From NCBI GenBank assembly GCA_036677365.1, contig JAVBWN010000014.1:96001-160000 (forward strand): a DNA stretch of 64,000 nt, given 5' to 3'. The notes under the pieces are model-generated. The model made no database searches. It was given only the letters and a program-made list of their open reading frames with translations, and was not told the origin of the DNA. Every line of letters starts with the position of its first letter. Positions within the stretch are counted from its first letter, which is position 1. The translations under genes were made by a program, and so were the position numbers. Below are positions 50,903 through 61,019 of the stretch, one piece after another. This DNA comes from Acholeplasma sp. GTDB lineage: Bacteria; Bacillota_I; Bacilli_A; Acholeplasmatales; UBA5453.

Positions 50903-51649
50903 ATGGTCCATTACCATCTATTTGAAACATCGCCTAAATCACCACTCATCATTTTTACCCACGGGATTGGTGAGTATGGGTTGTTGTATGAAGGGATTGC
51001 AAAAAGATTCAATGCTGCTGGGTATGCGTTTCTTGTTTATGATGTGAGGGGGCATGGTCAACAGATACCACTAGGTGTGCTTAAAGATTATAAGCACCTG
51101 ATAGAAGATTTGGATGAGATCATCGCTCAAGAGGAAAAAGACCGTAAAGTATTTTTGATGGGTCATTCATTGGGGGCATTGATCAGCCACTTATATGCCA
51201 CTTCGAGACCAGATATTCAAGGTGTCATTTCTATTGGGTACCATTACCACATCATTTCAATGGTGAAGTGGTTGGGTTTCTTGTTTCCAAAACGAAAACT
51301 CCATCTCAATTGGGCAGATCCCAAGAGTCGCCATGAGAAAACAGAAGCAGAAATCCATGATCCCATGTTATTGAAGTTTGTGACATTTAAGATGTTGTAT
51401 GAAACCATCTATAAAGCCAATAAATACATACATAAGCAATTGGATACATATAAACCAGATTTACTCGTCATCCATGGGGGTAGCGATTTAATTGTGCCAT
51501 TAGATAATGCACACGCGTTATATGATAAAGCCAGTACGAAAAACAAAGACATCATCATTTATCCAGACAGTTACCACGATGTTTTACTCGATTTTGACCA
51601 AGATTTGGTTATATCCGATATCCTTGCTTGGCTCAATATGAAAAACTAA
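50903..51649 (+). CDS. Alpha/beta hydrolase (lysophospholipase-like)
   Basis: HGIGE, DVRGHG, GHSLG, HGGSD, YHD. Confidence 0.88.
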   Translation: MVHYHLFETSPKSPLIIFTHGIGEYGLLYEGIAKRFNAAGYAFLVYDVRGHGQQIPLGVLKDYKHLIEDLDEIIAQEEKDRKVFLMGHSLGALISHLYATSRPDIQGVISIGYHYHIISMVKWLGFLFPKRKLHLNWADPKSRHEKTEAEIHDPMLLKFVTFKMLYETIYKANKYIHKQLDTYKPDLLVIHGGSDLIVPLDNAHALYDKASTKNKDIIIYPDSYHDVLLDFDQDLVISDILAWLNMKN

Positions 51650-51655
51650 TCCGAC

Positions 51656-51683
51656 TTTACAAGTTCTTTACAAACTGCTTACA
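51656..51683 (+). promoter_or_regulatory. Pho boxes
   Basis: TTTACA/TTTACA/CTTACA at 11-bp period upstream of pstS. Confidence 0.8.
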
Positions 51684-51751
51684 AGAGTGTGATATATTCA
51701 CATTCTTTTTTTTTGTACAATCGAGGTGAACAAAATAAAAAAGGAGATTAT

Positions 51752-52681
51752 ATGAGAAAAATATTCTTAGTATTGGCTTTAGCATTGTCATTCAGTTTAG
51801 CTGCTTGTACATCGGGTTCATCGTTTGATGATTCCAAAAACATCACCGTTTACACCCGTGATACCACCTCAGGTACACGTGCAGGGTTTATGGAAGGGAT
51901 CGGGTTCTCAGCAGCAGCTGGTTCAGATGATGTGTTGGTTGAAGGTTTCGTCATCAAAGACAACACAGGGATCATGACTTCAATGGGTACCGATGAATAC
52001 GGGATTGGCTATGTATCCTTATCCTCATTAAACAATACAATTAAAGGGTTAAGTTTTGAAGGTGTCGCACCAACGGTTGCGAACGTACTCAACAATACTT
52101 ACGGATTAAAACGCCCATTCATGTGGATGGTCAGAGACGCTGGTGATTATGAATCGACAGAAATTGAACAATTGGTCAATGCATTCGTCGCATTCTTAGG
52201 TACCACCGATGCCGCAGACATCATCAACAACAATGGTGCGATTGCGTTACAAACCACAGTGACTTGGGATTCGATCAAAGCACAACACCCAATCACCGCT
52301 AGAAACAATTCAAACGTGACCTTACGTTTTGGTGGGTCTGACTCCATTCAAAAAGTTGCACAAGCCTTAACACAAGCATTCAGTGCGAAAGCCGGTAACT
52401 TTGTGGCTGAACACGATCACACAGGTTCTGGGGATGCTTACAAGCGTACACAAACCATTGGTTTAAGCGATCCGGTTTCTAAACACGTTGGGTTCTCTTC
52501 AAGATATTTCAAAGACACAGAAAAAGTTGGGGTTGCAACCTCGGATATGGGTCAATTGGCTTGGGACGCGATTGTTGCGATTGTCCATAAGAACAACCCA
52601 GTGACCAACATTACAGCAGCACAACTCAAAGCGATTTACGACGGTACATATACTAAGTGGTCAGACGTCGTTTCTGAATAA
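51752..52681 (+). CDS. pstS: Phosphate ABC transporter substrate-binding lipoprotein (circularly permuted type)
   Basis: Lipobox LAAC, RDTTSGTR, IGYVS, GGSDS, TGSG, FSSR; AAGGAG RBS. Confidence 0.9.
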   Translation: MRKIFLVLALALSFSLAACTSGSSFDDSKNITVYTRDTTSGTRAGFMEGIGFSAAAGSDDVLVEGFVIKDNTGIMTSMGTDEYGIGYVSLSSLNNTIKGLSFEGVAPTVANVLNNTYGLKRPFMWMVRDAGDYESTEIEQLVNAFVAFLGTTDAADIINNNGAIALQTTVTWDSIKAQHPITARNNSNVTLRFGGSDSIQKVAQALTQAFSAKAGNFVAEHDHTGSGDAYKRTQTIGLSDPVSKHVGFSSRYFKDTEKVGVATSDMGQLAWDAIVAIVHKNNPVTNITAAQLKAIYDGTYTKWSDVVSE

Positions 52682-52690
52682 ACCTGAAAT

Positions 52691-52712
52691 AGGCCCAATC
52701 GGGTCTTTTCTT
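52691..52712 (+). terminator. Intra-operon hairpin after pstS
   Basis: AGGCCC-AATC-GGGTCT-TTTCTT. Confidence 0.5.
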
Positions 52713-52732
52713 GCATAAAAAAGGAGTATCTG

Positions 52733-53689
52733 ATGCAATCAAAAATACATTTAAAACAGACTCAAAAAAGACATAATCAATGGCTAGATAACGCCATTAA
52801 ATACATCTTGATGGGTTTTGCCATATTATCTTCCTCATTCATCTTCATCATCGCAGGTGTCATCATGGTCAAAGGGGTTACCCCTTTTATCACGAATAAT
52901 GGTGGTTTAGGTCGTGTGAATCTCGCTGACTTTTTAACGGGTTCCACGTGGTTGATTGGGGAATCGTTTAACTCCAATTTATACGCGGTGGGTTTTCTCA
53001 TCATCTCCACCCTATTCATCGCGTTTTTATCGTTGCTCATCTCATTTCCAGTTGGGGTACTGACTGCCTTATTCATTGCGAAAATCGCCCCTAAAAAACT
53101 GGCTGAAACCTTAAGAACCGTCATTGAAATGCTTGCCTCGATCCCATCGATTATTTACGGTTTGTTTGGAGCGGGGATCATTTTAAAACTGGTGTATGAT
53201 TTTTCAACAATCCTTGGTTTCCAATCCAAAGGTGGTAACTCGATTTTATCTTCTGTACTGGTTTTAGCCATCATGACGATTCCAACGATTGCTTCCATCA
53301 GCGAAGTGGCGATCCGTAGTGTGGATAAATCGATTGAACATGGGTCTTTAGCCCTTGGGGCATCCAAAACCCAAACGCATTTCAAAGTCGTGTTAACCTC
53401 AGCGAAGAGTGGGATATTCACCTCAGTGATCCTGGGTATTGGCCGTGTGTTAGGTGAAGCGACCGCGGTTTCATTGGTGGCGGGTGGTAGACGAAGCGGG
53501 ATCAATTTTAATATTCTGGATACCACATCGACGTTAACCACCATGATGTTAGAAGGCATGAAGGAAACCACAGGGCTCGATTATGATATTCGCTTTTCTG
53601 TCGGTATTGTCCTGATGGTAGTGATTTTGATTACCAACTTCACCTTAAACTACATCAAACGAAAGGTGGGGAATGTCGATGTTAAATAG
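52733..53689 (+). CDS. pstC: Phosphate ABC permease PstC
   Basis: LASIPSIIYG, LALGA, GRVLGEATAV. Confidence 0.93.
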   Translation: MQSKIHLKQTQKRHNQWLDNAIKYILMGFAILSSSFIFIIAGVIMVKGVTPFITNNGGLGRVNLADFLTGSTWLIGESFNSNLYAVGFLIISTLFIAFLSLLISFPVGVLTALFIAKIAPKKLAETLRTVIEMLASIPSIIYGLFGAGIILKLVYDFSTILGFQSKGGNSILSSVLVLAIMTIPTIASISEVAIRSVDKSIEHGSLALGASKTQTHFKVVLTSAKSGIFTSVILGIGRVLGEATAVSLVAGGRRSGINFNILDTTSTLTTMMLEGMKETTGLDYDIRFSVGIVLMVVILITNFTLNYIKRKVGNVDVK

Positions 53690-54890
53690 CCGTAGAAAAA
53701 AAGACCTCATTTTACAATCCATCACTTATATGGCTTCATTCATCTCCTTATTCGTTTTGATATCGATTCTATTATTTGTGTTCCTCAATGGATTCAAATT
53801 GCTCAATATGGACCTCATTACCCATAACTTTGAATCGACCAGTTATATCGCCGATTTGAAAGATTTTACCGGTCCTGGGGTATTCAATACCAATAAAGAT
53901 TTTGATGATCACACCTATTACTCTACCAAGTGGGGGATTGCTTTGAGTGATTCTGAAAACTTGATGGGGCATACGATTGTCTTAGTGACCTACGTTCACG
54001 AAGATTCACCGTTTAAAGATTTACGTAACAAAGGGGTAGCTACCCAAGATCTGATGTTGGATGTCGATTACGAAATCGTCCGAATTGCTTTTGACGATGG
54101 GCCATCTGCGCTATCGATTCAAGGGGCACAAAACATGATTCAAGTATTGGATACGAAAACGACCTTCCGTGAATTGGAATATTCAACCTCAGGGGGTGGA
54201 ATTCGAGGGTCCATCATCACCACACTTTATTTGATTGGCTTAACCTTATTGATTGCTTTACCTGTTGGTGTGGGTGCAGCCTTATATTTGAATGAATATG
54301 CCCCTAAAAATAAGTTCACCAAAGCATTAAGAAACTTGATAGAAACCTTAACAGGTGTCCCATCCATCATCTACGGTTTGATGGGGTTAGCCTTGTTTGT
54401 CCCAATCACCATCTCCCTCACCAAAGCGACTGGGGCAAACCTCATTTCAGGGGCACTGACATTATCCGTCATTTTGATGCCTGTCATCATCCGTACCACA
54501 GAAGAATCGCTTAAAGTGGTGCCTGATGATTATAGACATGCCTCCCTAGCTTTGGGTGGAAATAAAACCCAAACCACCTTTAAAATTGTTTTACCGAGTG
54601 CATTTTCAGGGATTCTAACCGCGACCTTGCTCGCGATAGGCAGAATCATAGGGGAAAGTGCAGCTTTGGTATTCGCGGTAGGTACAGCCATCAAAGACCA
54701 TGTATCCATCTATGATAAATCAACGTCATTATCCGTTCATATTTGGGCGATGATGACCGATGAACCTGCCAACATTGAATTATCGACCACCATCGCCATC
54801 ATCATATTGGTGATCGTGTTATCGATGAATTTATCGATCAAATTGATCTCGAAAAGACTGTTAAGAAAGTATGGTGTCACCCATGAATAA
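53673..54890 (+). CDS. pstA: Phosphate ABC permease PstA
   Basis: [27 protein letters not shown]. Confidence 0.93.
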   Translation: MSMLNSRRKKDLILQSITYMASFISLFVLISILLFVFLNGFKLLNMDLITHNFESTSYIADLKDFTGPGVFNTNKDFDDHTYYSTKWGIALSDSENLMGHTIVLVTYVHEDSPFKDLRNKGVATQDLMLDVDYEIVRIAFDDGPSALSIQGAQNMIQVLDTKTTFRELEYSTSGGGIRGSIITTLYLIGLTLLIALPVGVGAALYLNEYAPKNKFTKALRNLIETLTGVPSIIYGLMGLALFVPITISLTKATGANLISGALTLSVILMPVIIRTTEESLKVVPDDYRHASLALGGNKTQTTFKIVLPSAFSGILTATLLAIGRIIGESAALVFAVGTAIKDHVSIYDKSTSLSVHIWAMMTDEPANIELSTTIAIIILVIVLSMNLSIKLISKRLLRKYGVTHE

Positions 54891-55638
54891 AGTATTTGAT
54901 GTCAAAGGACTTGACCTTTATTATGGTCAAAAACAAGCCTTAAAACAAATTGAATTTTCAATTTATGAGAAGAAAGTCACCGCGCTGATTGGGCCATCGG
55001 GTTGTGGGAAATCGACTTTTTTACGTACCTTGAACCGGATGAACGACTTGATTGACAACTGTGTCATACAAGGCGAAATCCACTACAATCATCAACAAAT
55101 TTATGATAAACAAACCGATGTCATTGGTCTTAGGATTAAAGTTGGGATGGTATTTCAAAAACCAAACCCATTCCCGATGAGTATTTATGACAACATCGTC
55201 TATGGTCCTAGGTGCCAAGGCATTAAAAACAAAGCAGAACTCGATGAAATTGTTAAAACCGCTTTAGAACAAGCTGCCTTATGGGAAGAAGTCAAAGACC
55301 GTTTGAGAGAATCCGCCTTATCCTTATCGGGTGGACAACAACAACGTTTGTGTATCGCTAGAGCATTGGCGATGAAACCCGAAGTCCTTCTGATGGATGA
55401 ACCCACCTCAGCACTTGACCCGATCGCAACCTCCAAAATCGAGGATTTGATTTTACAACTCAAACAAAATTACACGATTGTCATTGTCACGCACAACATG
55501 CAACAAGCGGCCCGTATTTCGGACTATACCGCATTTTTCCTCTTAGGTGAAATGGTCGAATACGAAGAAACCGAACGATTATTCTCACACCCGAGGGACC
55601 AACGCACCGAAGATTACATCACCGGTCGTTTTGGATAA
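54883..55638 (+). CDS. pstB: Phosphate ABC ATPase PstB
   Basis: [31 protein letters not shown]. Confidence 0.97.
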   Translation: MNKVFDVKGLDLYYGQKQALKQIEFSIYEKKVTALIGPSGCGKSTFLRTLNRMNDLIDNCVIQGEIHYNHQQIYDKQTDVIGLRIKVGMVFQKPNPFPMSIYDNIVYGPRCQGIKNKAELDEIVKTALEQAALWEEVKDRLRESALSLSGGQQQRLCIARALAMKPEVLLMDEPTSALDPIATSKIEDLILQLKQNYTIVIVTHNMQQAARISDYTAFFLLGEMVEYEETERLFSHPRDQRTEDYITGRFG

Positions 55639-55667
55639 TGATATAATGAAAGTAAAGGTGATTACCC

Positions 55668-56327
55668 ATGAATCGTAATACGTATCAAACCGCCTTGAAT
55701 CAACTTAAAAAATCCGTCATTGAAATGGCTGACCAAGCCTTACTCAATGTCAGAGATGGCTTAAAAAGTTTTGAAACCAACGATTTGGTTTTAGCCAAAA
55801 ACATCATCAAAGCCGACGACCAAATCGACATGATGGAAGAAGAAATTTCCAAACAAGCCTTAAGAATCATTTGGAAAGAACAACCCATCGCCCAAGATTT
55901 ACGTTTGGTCACGACCATTCTAAAAATACTCACAGACATTGAACGCATCGGTGACCATGCTTCAGACATTTCAGAGATTTCTTTACATTTGGAAGGTCAC
56001 CAATTTGTGCGCGATTTATCGGTCGTTTTATCGATGGCTAAACACGCCGAACACATGGTCCAATCCGCGATTGAAGCGTTGGTGAGTGAAGACGCTGTGT
56101 TAGCGAAACTCATCATCGCTCAAGACGACATTGTTGACCATGAATACCGACAAATGATTCAACTTGCTGCCCAGTGGATCAAAGACGATGTCGATGATAC
56201 GCCTTATGTCATCTCCATCATCTTAATTTCTAAATACCTTGAACGCGTCGCTGACCACGCCGTGAATATCGCCGAATGGGTTATATTTTTGGTCACGGGT
56301 TCACACAAGAATACACCCCTATTTTAA
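55668..56327 (+). CDS. phoU: Phosphate signalling protein PhoU
   Basis: QPIAQDLR, ERIGDH, ERVADHAVNIAE. Confidence 0.95.
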   Translation: MNRNTYQTALNQLKKSVIEMADQALLNVRDGLKSFETNDLVLAKNIIKADDQIDMMEEEISKQALRIIWKEQPIAQDLRLVTTILKILTDIERIGDHASDISEISLHLEGHQFVRDLSVVLSMAKHAEHMVQSAIEALVSEDAVLAKLIIAQDDIVDHEYRQMIQLAAQWIKDDVDDTPYVISIILISKYLERVADHAVNIAEWVIFLVTGSHKNTPLF

Positions 56328-56336
56328 GGAGGGTTT

Positions 56337-57011
56337 ATGCCAAAAATCTATTTTATCGAGGATGACCATTCGATTGCCTATGTGATTGAAAAAACCCTCA
56401 GTAACGCAAAATATGAATATAGATGGTTTCAACAGGGTAAAGACTTATTCGAAGCGATCGAAAAATCACTGCCAGATTTGATTCTTTTAGATTTGATGTT
56501 GCCCAATGAATCGGGGTTAGATCATTTGAAACGCTTGAGATCAGACAAACAAACCGAAGATATCCCTGTGATCATCTTATCGGCATTATCCAGTGAACTC
56601 GACAAAGTCACAGGTTTGGATTTGGGTGCCGATGATTATTTAACCAAACCATTTGGGGTCTTGGAATTGTTATCGCGGATTCAAAGTAAACTCAGAAAAA
56701 CCAAAATCAAAAAACGCTTGGAAATTGGTAACATTCAAATGGATTTACAAACCCGTGAGGTCACTGTGGATGCACAACTCGTCACATTGACCTATAAGGA
56801 GTTTGAACTCTTAAAACTATTGTTAGAACACCCAGATGAAGTGTTGCACCGAGACCGCATATTTCAAGTGGTTTGGGGGTCGGATTTGGTTTTGGAGTCC
56901 AGAACCATCGACATGCATGTCAAATCGATTCGTAAAAAACTGATGGATTTGAGTGCGAGCATTGAAATCATCACCGTGAGAGCGGTGGGTTATCGGTTGG
57001 TGAAACTATGA
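56337..57011 (+). CDS. phoP: OmpR-family response regulator
   Basis: EDD, LDLMLP, GADDYLTKPF, RTIDMH; in pst operon. Confidence 0.85.
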   Translation: MPKIYFIEDDHSIAYVIEKTLSNAKYEYRWFQQGKDLFEAIEKSLPDLILLDLMLPNESGLDHLKRLRSDKQTEDIPVIILSALSSELDKVTGLDLGADDYLTKPFGVLELLSRIQSKLRKTKIKKRLEIGNIQMDLQTREVTVDAQLVTLTYKEFELLKLLLEHPDEVLHRDRIFQVVWGSDLVLESRTIDMHVKSIRKKLMDLSASIEIITVRAVGYRLVKL

Positions 57012-58693
57012 AACGCACCTTCGTTTTATACCACCTCTTGATGACGAGTTTGCTGATTGTTTTATATTTAGCGATTTCTTTTACGCTTACCAACTTTGTC
57101 AATCAAAGACAATCGGCCTATATGCTCGATATTGTTTTAGAAGACACTTTGGTGGCTTATAATTATAAAACGGTCACAGATGAAGTCTTCGTCACCCAAT
57201 TTCAAAACTCAAATAAACGCATTTCCATCATCACTCCTGAAGGGGTCACGATTGCCGATTCAATGCGCATTTCAACCTCTGGCAATCAAAATAACTACCC
57301 TGAAATCAAAAATCTAGGGCGTGCTTACACCCGATATTCAGAAACACTCAATTTGAATTTAATGTATATCGCGAATCGTGCTGCCAATGGCAATTACGTG
57401 CGGGTTGCCATCGTTATGGATCAAAATATCGCCTTAAATACCCAAACCATTTCCATTTTAATCCTCATCTCTTTGGGGATTCTTGGGTTATCGGTAGGAA
57501 GCTATAAAAAGATTTCCGATACCTTCATGAAACCCATCCATGACATCGCCCTGTCGGTTAAAAGTATTAAAGACGGTCATTACCAATGGGTGATGCCTGC
57601 CACACAATACGATGAAATCAATGAATTGTTACGAGAAATCAATGGGGTCAATGAATCGATTGTCAGAAACATCCATAGCCTCAATGAAAAAGAAGAATTG
57701 TTATCGATTTTGGTTAAACACATGGACCAAGGCATCTTACTGGTTGGTTCAGACCAATCGATCGTCTTTTATAATGAACTTGCACAAAAATGGTTTAACA
57801 TCAAAGAACACGATTTGATCCTTTCGATTCGTAATAAAGAAATTTATGAAGCGATCAAACTCGCCACGGAAGAAGATATATCACTATCCTTTAGAGTTCC
57901 TTACCACGAACGATTCATTATGGTCACAGTCAATAGTGTATACAACAAGTTACTATTGAAATCAAAAGGCAAACAAGGGGTATTGGTTACCTTGATTGAC
58001 GATACCGACCGCATTCGCCTAGAAAACAACAAACGTGATTTCTTCGCCAATGCTTCCCATGAACTGCGTACCCCACTGACAGCCATCAAAGGGTCTGCAG
58101 AACTCATCTTATATGAAATGGCGACCCCTGACGAAAAGAAAAAGTTATCACAAGAAATCATTCACCAAGTGGTGATCATGGATAACTTACTCAAAGACAT
58201 GTTAGAACTCTCTAGACTTGAGAACAGACCAAAGATGGATCAAGTCTCATTCAATTTGAAAAAGGTATTGGATGGGGTTTTAGAAGATTTGAACCCGCTC
58301 ATTCAGGATAAGCAAATTCAAGTCACTTTGGAAACACATAACGTGATGTTTAAAGGCATCGAGACCGATTTTAAATCCCTCTTTAAGAACTTGATTGAAA
58401 ATGCCATCAAATACAATAAATTTGGTGGGGCCATTGACATCGCTTTAACTCAAAATGAAGATGTCATCAAAATCAGAATTAAAGACACGGGCATTGGTAT
58501 TCCAAAAGAATATCAACAACGGATTTTTGAGCGGTTCTATCAGGTCAACAAATCAAGGAATCTGTATCAAAATGGCACAGGTTTGGGTTTAGCCATCGTG
58601 AAGCATGTGGTATCTTACTATAAAGGCATCATCACGGTGGAATCAGAACTCAATGTGGGGTCTACGTTCACCATCACATTCCATAAAGAATAA
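57008..58693 (+). CDS. phoR: Sensor histidine kinase
   Basis: ASHELRTPL, NLIENAIKY, DTGIG, GTGLGL; two TMs, HAMP/PAS-like region. Confidence 0.85.
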   Translation: MKRTFVLYHLLMTSLLIVLYLAISFTLTNFVNQRQSAYMLDIVLEDTLVAYNYKTVTDEVFVTQFQNSNKRISIITPEGVTIADSMRISTSGNQNNYPEIKNLGRAYTRYSETLNLNLMYIANRAANGNYVRVAIVMDQNIALNTQTISILILISLGILGLSVGSYKKISDTFMKPIHDIALSVKSIKDGHYQWVMPATQYDEINELLREINGVNESIVRNIHSLNEKEELLSILVKHMDQGILLVGSDQSIVFYNELAQKWFNIKEHDLILSIRNKEIYEAIKLATEEDISLSFRVPYHERFIMVTVNSVYNKLLLKSKGKQGVLVTLIDDTDRIRLENNKRDFFANASHELRTPLTAIKGSAELILYEMATPDEKKKLSQEIIHQVVIMDNLLKDMLELSRLENRPKMDQVSFNLKKVLDGVLEDLNPLIQDKQIQVTLETHNVMFKGIETDFKSLFKNLIENAIKYNKFGGAIDIALTQNEDVIKIRIKDTGIGIPKEYQQRIFERFYQVNKSRNLYQNGTGLGLAIVKHVVSYYKGIITVESELNVGSTFTITFHKE

Positions 58694-58696
58694 TAG

Positions 58697-58729
58697 AAAT
58701 CCCCGCTAAGTATCGTTAGCGGGGGTTTT
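58697..58729. terminator. Bidirectional terminator (phoR / TetR)
   Basis: AAATCCCCGCTAA...TTAGCGGGGGTTTT. Confidence 0.85.
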
Positions 58730-58730
58730 G

Positions 58731-59339
58731 TTATTGGTTAAACATACCGTTTTTTAAGACATACATGACTTGATCGACAATGCGGTCTAAGTCCATGTCT
58801 GTGAGGGTTTCTCTGAATAATACTTGTAAACCAACGAAGTTTGAAATCCCCATCAAAATATAGGATAAGGTTTCTAAGTCGATTGCAGCATCCACTTCAC
58901 CGGAGGCTACCGATGTACTGAGTTTATCCACATAAGCACTCGAGAAGTTTTGGTAGTACTCTTTGAAGATGTCTTTATCGACGAACATCGACTCCCAAAT
59001 GATTCGATAGGAAAGCGGGTCTTGCCACGCAAATTTTAAGAATGCTTTGATACCAAGGCGTTCTTTTTCATAGCGAGTATTCGCGTCTTTGATCGCTTCG
59101 TTGATGGCTTCACCAATCTTTGCTCTATACTGATGTAAGAGGTAAACATATAAAGCGAGCTTGTCATCAAAATAAATGTAAAAAGTTCCAGTGGCGATTT
59201 TTGCCTTGTCAATAATCTCATTGATTGATGTCGCTTGATAGCCTTGTTTGGAAAATAGTTTTTTACCACTATTGATTATTTTATTGAATGTCTTTTGACC
59301 ATCTTTTCTTTTTGGTAAGCGATAGTTCATTTTGTCCAT
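58731..59339 (-). CDS. TetR/AcrR family regulator
   Basis: LFSKQGYQATSINEI...IATGTFYIYFDDK; divergent from maoC-bcd-etf; start uncertain (59330-59348). Confidence 0.92.
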   Translation of the reverse strand: MDKMNYRLPKRKDGQKTFNKIINSGKKLFSKQGYQATSINEIIDKAKIATGTFYIYFDDKLALYVYLLHQYRAKIGEAINEAIKDANTRYEKERLGIKAFLKFAWQDPLSYRIIWESMFVDKDIFKEYYQNFSSAYVDKLSTSVASGEVDAAIDLETLSYILMGISNFVGLQVLFRETLTDMDLDRIVDQVMYVLKNGMFNQ

Positions 59340-59358
59340 TTTCATCACCTATAATTAG

Positions 59359-59372
59359 TGTAAACGATTTCT
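59359..59372. promoter_or_regulatory. cre-like site in TetR/maoC intergenic region
   Basis: TGTAAACGATTTCT (one mismatch to TGWAANCGNTNWCA). Confidence 0.4.
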
Positions 59373-59405
59373 TTGAAAAAAACAAGAGATATCTTTTTCC
59401 CCCTA

Positions 59406-59459
59406 TTGACATCTATGAATAATCGGTCTATTATAAAGGTAAGATGAACGTTTATTCAT
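59406..59459 (+). promoter_or_regulatory. maoC-bcd-etf promoter with putative TetR operators
   Basis: TTGACA-N17-TATTAT; ATGAACGTTTATTCAT near-palindrome and related ATGAATAATCGGTCTA. Confidence 0.65.
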
Positions 59460-59484
59460 AGTATATAATGAAGAAAGGAATATT

Positions 59485-59901
59485 ATGACAAGCAAAACAA
59501 TTAAAGACATCAAGGTTGGGGATATCGCTTTTTTCGAGAAGACCATCACCGAAGAAGACGTGAAACACTTCGCACAAGTATCGGGGGATTTTAACCCTGT
59601 CCACTTGGATGAAGACTTCGCAGCACGATCGATTTTTCACCAAAGAATCGCGCATGGGGGTCTCATCAATGCTTTGTTTTCAACCGTTTTAGGCACCCAG
59701 TTGCCTGGGGTAGGGACGATTTATTTACAACAAGATTCCAAGTTTGTAAAACCCGTCTATTTAAACGACCATATCAAGGCTACGGTCGAAGCCGAAGAAA
59801 TCAATGAGGAGAAAAATCGCGTGTTGTTCAAGACAGTGGCTTATAACCAAAACAATGAACCAGTGGTTGTTGGACACGCGCTGGTGATGCCAAGACGATG
59901 A
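59485..59901 (+). CDS. MaoC-family (R)-enoyl-CoA hydratase (PhaJ-like)
   Basis: SGDFNPVHLD, RIAHG, LPGVGTIY, FVKPV. Confidence 0.9.
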   Translation: MTSKTIKDIKVGDIAFFEKTITEEDVKHFAQVSGDFNPVHLDEDFAARSIFHQRIAHGGLINALFSTVLGTQLPGVGTIYLQQDSKFVKPVYLNDHIKATVEAEEINEEKNRVLFKTVAYNQNNEPVVVGHALVMPRR

Positions 59902-61019
59902 AACATGAACTCTTATTAAAAATGCTCGAAGAATTTGCTTTAAAAGAAGTGAAACCACTGGCGAAAACCATCGATGAAGAAGAAAGATTCCCCATCGAAA
60001 CGGTTCAAAAAATGGCTGAACTTGGGATTTTAGGTTTACCTTATGAACCACTTTATGGTGGGGTAGGTGCGAGCTACACGGCTTATGTGGATGCGGTCCG
60101 TATTCTATCGAAATACTGTGCCACCACTGGGGTGATTTTATCTGCCCACACCTCCTTATGTGCTTCACCCATCCATGCGTTTGGTACAGAAGCTCAAAAG
60201 GCTAAGTATTTGCCTAAACTCAATCGTGGACAGTGGTTGGGTGCCTTTGGGTTAACCGAACCGAGTGCAGGCACAGACGCCTCAAAACAACAAACCAAAG
60301 CCCTGGATAAAGGCAGTTATTATGAAATCACAGGGTCTAAAATATTCATTACCAATGCGGGTTATGCGGATCTGTACATCATTTTTGCGATGACCAATCC
60401 AGAACTCGGACTCAAAGGTATCAGTGCGTTCATCTTAGAAAAAGATACCAAAGGGTTCAGTGTTGGACCAAAAGAACGAAAGATGGGGATCCGTGGGTCA
60501 TCCACCTGTGAATTGGTATTCGATAAAGTTCAAGTACCCAAAGAAAATTTACTGGGTAAATTAGGCGAAGGTTTTAAAATCGCGATGTCTACTTTAGATG
60601 GTGGACGTATTGGGATTGCCGCCCAAGCCGTAGGGATTGCAGAAGGGGCATTCGAACGTGCAGTGGATTATGTCAAGACCAGAAAACAGTTCGATAAACC
60701 CATCGCTTCATTCCAACATACCCAATTCAAGATTGCAGACATGAAAACCGAAATTGAAGCGGCTAAAGCATTGTTATACCAAGCAGCAACCGCGAAAGAA
60801 AAAGGCGAATCTTATTCTGACAAAGCGGCGATGGCTAAACTATACGCCTCGAGGGTCGCTTTTGAAGTTTCTGACCAAGCGATTCAACTGATGGGTGGTT
60901 ATGGCTACATCCGTGATTTTGAAATCGAACGCTACTTAAGGGATGCGAAAATCACTGAAATATATGAAGGCACCAGTGAAGTCCAACGTATGGTCATTGC
61001 CGGAAAGGTGTTACGCTAA
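59898..61019 (+). CDS. bcd: Short-chain (butyryl-CoA-like) acyl-CoA dehydrogenase
   Basis: FGLTEPSAGTD, KIFITN, LDGGRIGIAAQA, EIYEGTSEVQR. Confidence 0.88.
   Translation: MKHELLLKMLEEFALKEVKPLAKTIDEEERFPIETVQKMAELGILGLPYEPLYGGVGASYTAYVDAVRILSKYCATTGVILSAHTSLCASPIHAFGTEAQKAKYLPKLNRGQWLGAFGLTEPSAGTDASKQQTKALDKGSYYEITGSKIFITNAGYADLYIIFAMTNPELGLKGISAFILEKDTKGFSVGPKERKMGIRGSSTCELVFDKVQVPKENLLGKLGEGFKIAMSTLDGGRIGIAAQAVGIAEGAFERAVDYVKTRKQFDKPIASFQHTQFKIADMKTEIEAAKALLYQAATAKEKGESYSDKAAMAKLYASRVAFEVSDQAIQLMGGYGYIRDFEIERYLRDAKITEIYEGTSEVQRMVIAGKVLR

Noticed and set aside
51688..51702. CRP or Rex site
   Set aside because: TGTGA-N5-TCACA spacing fits neither consensus
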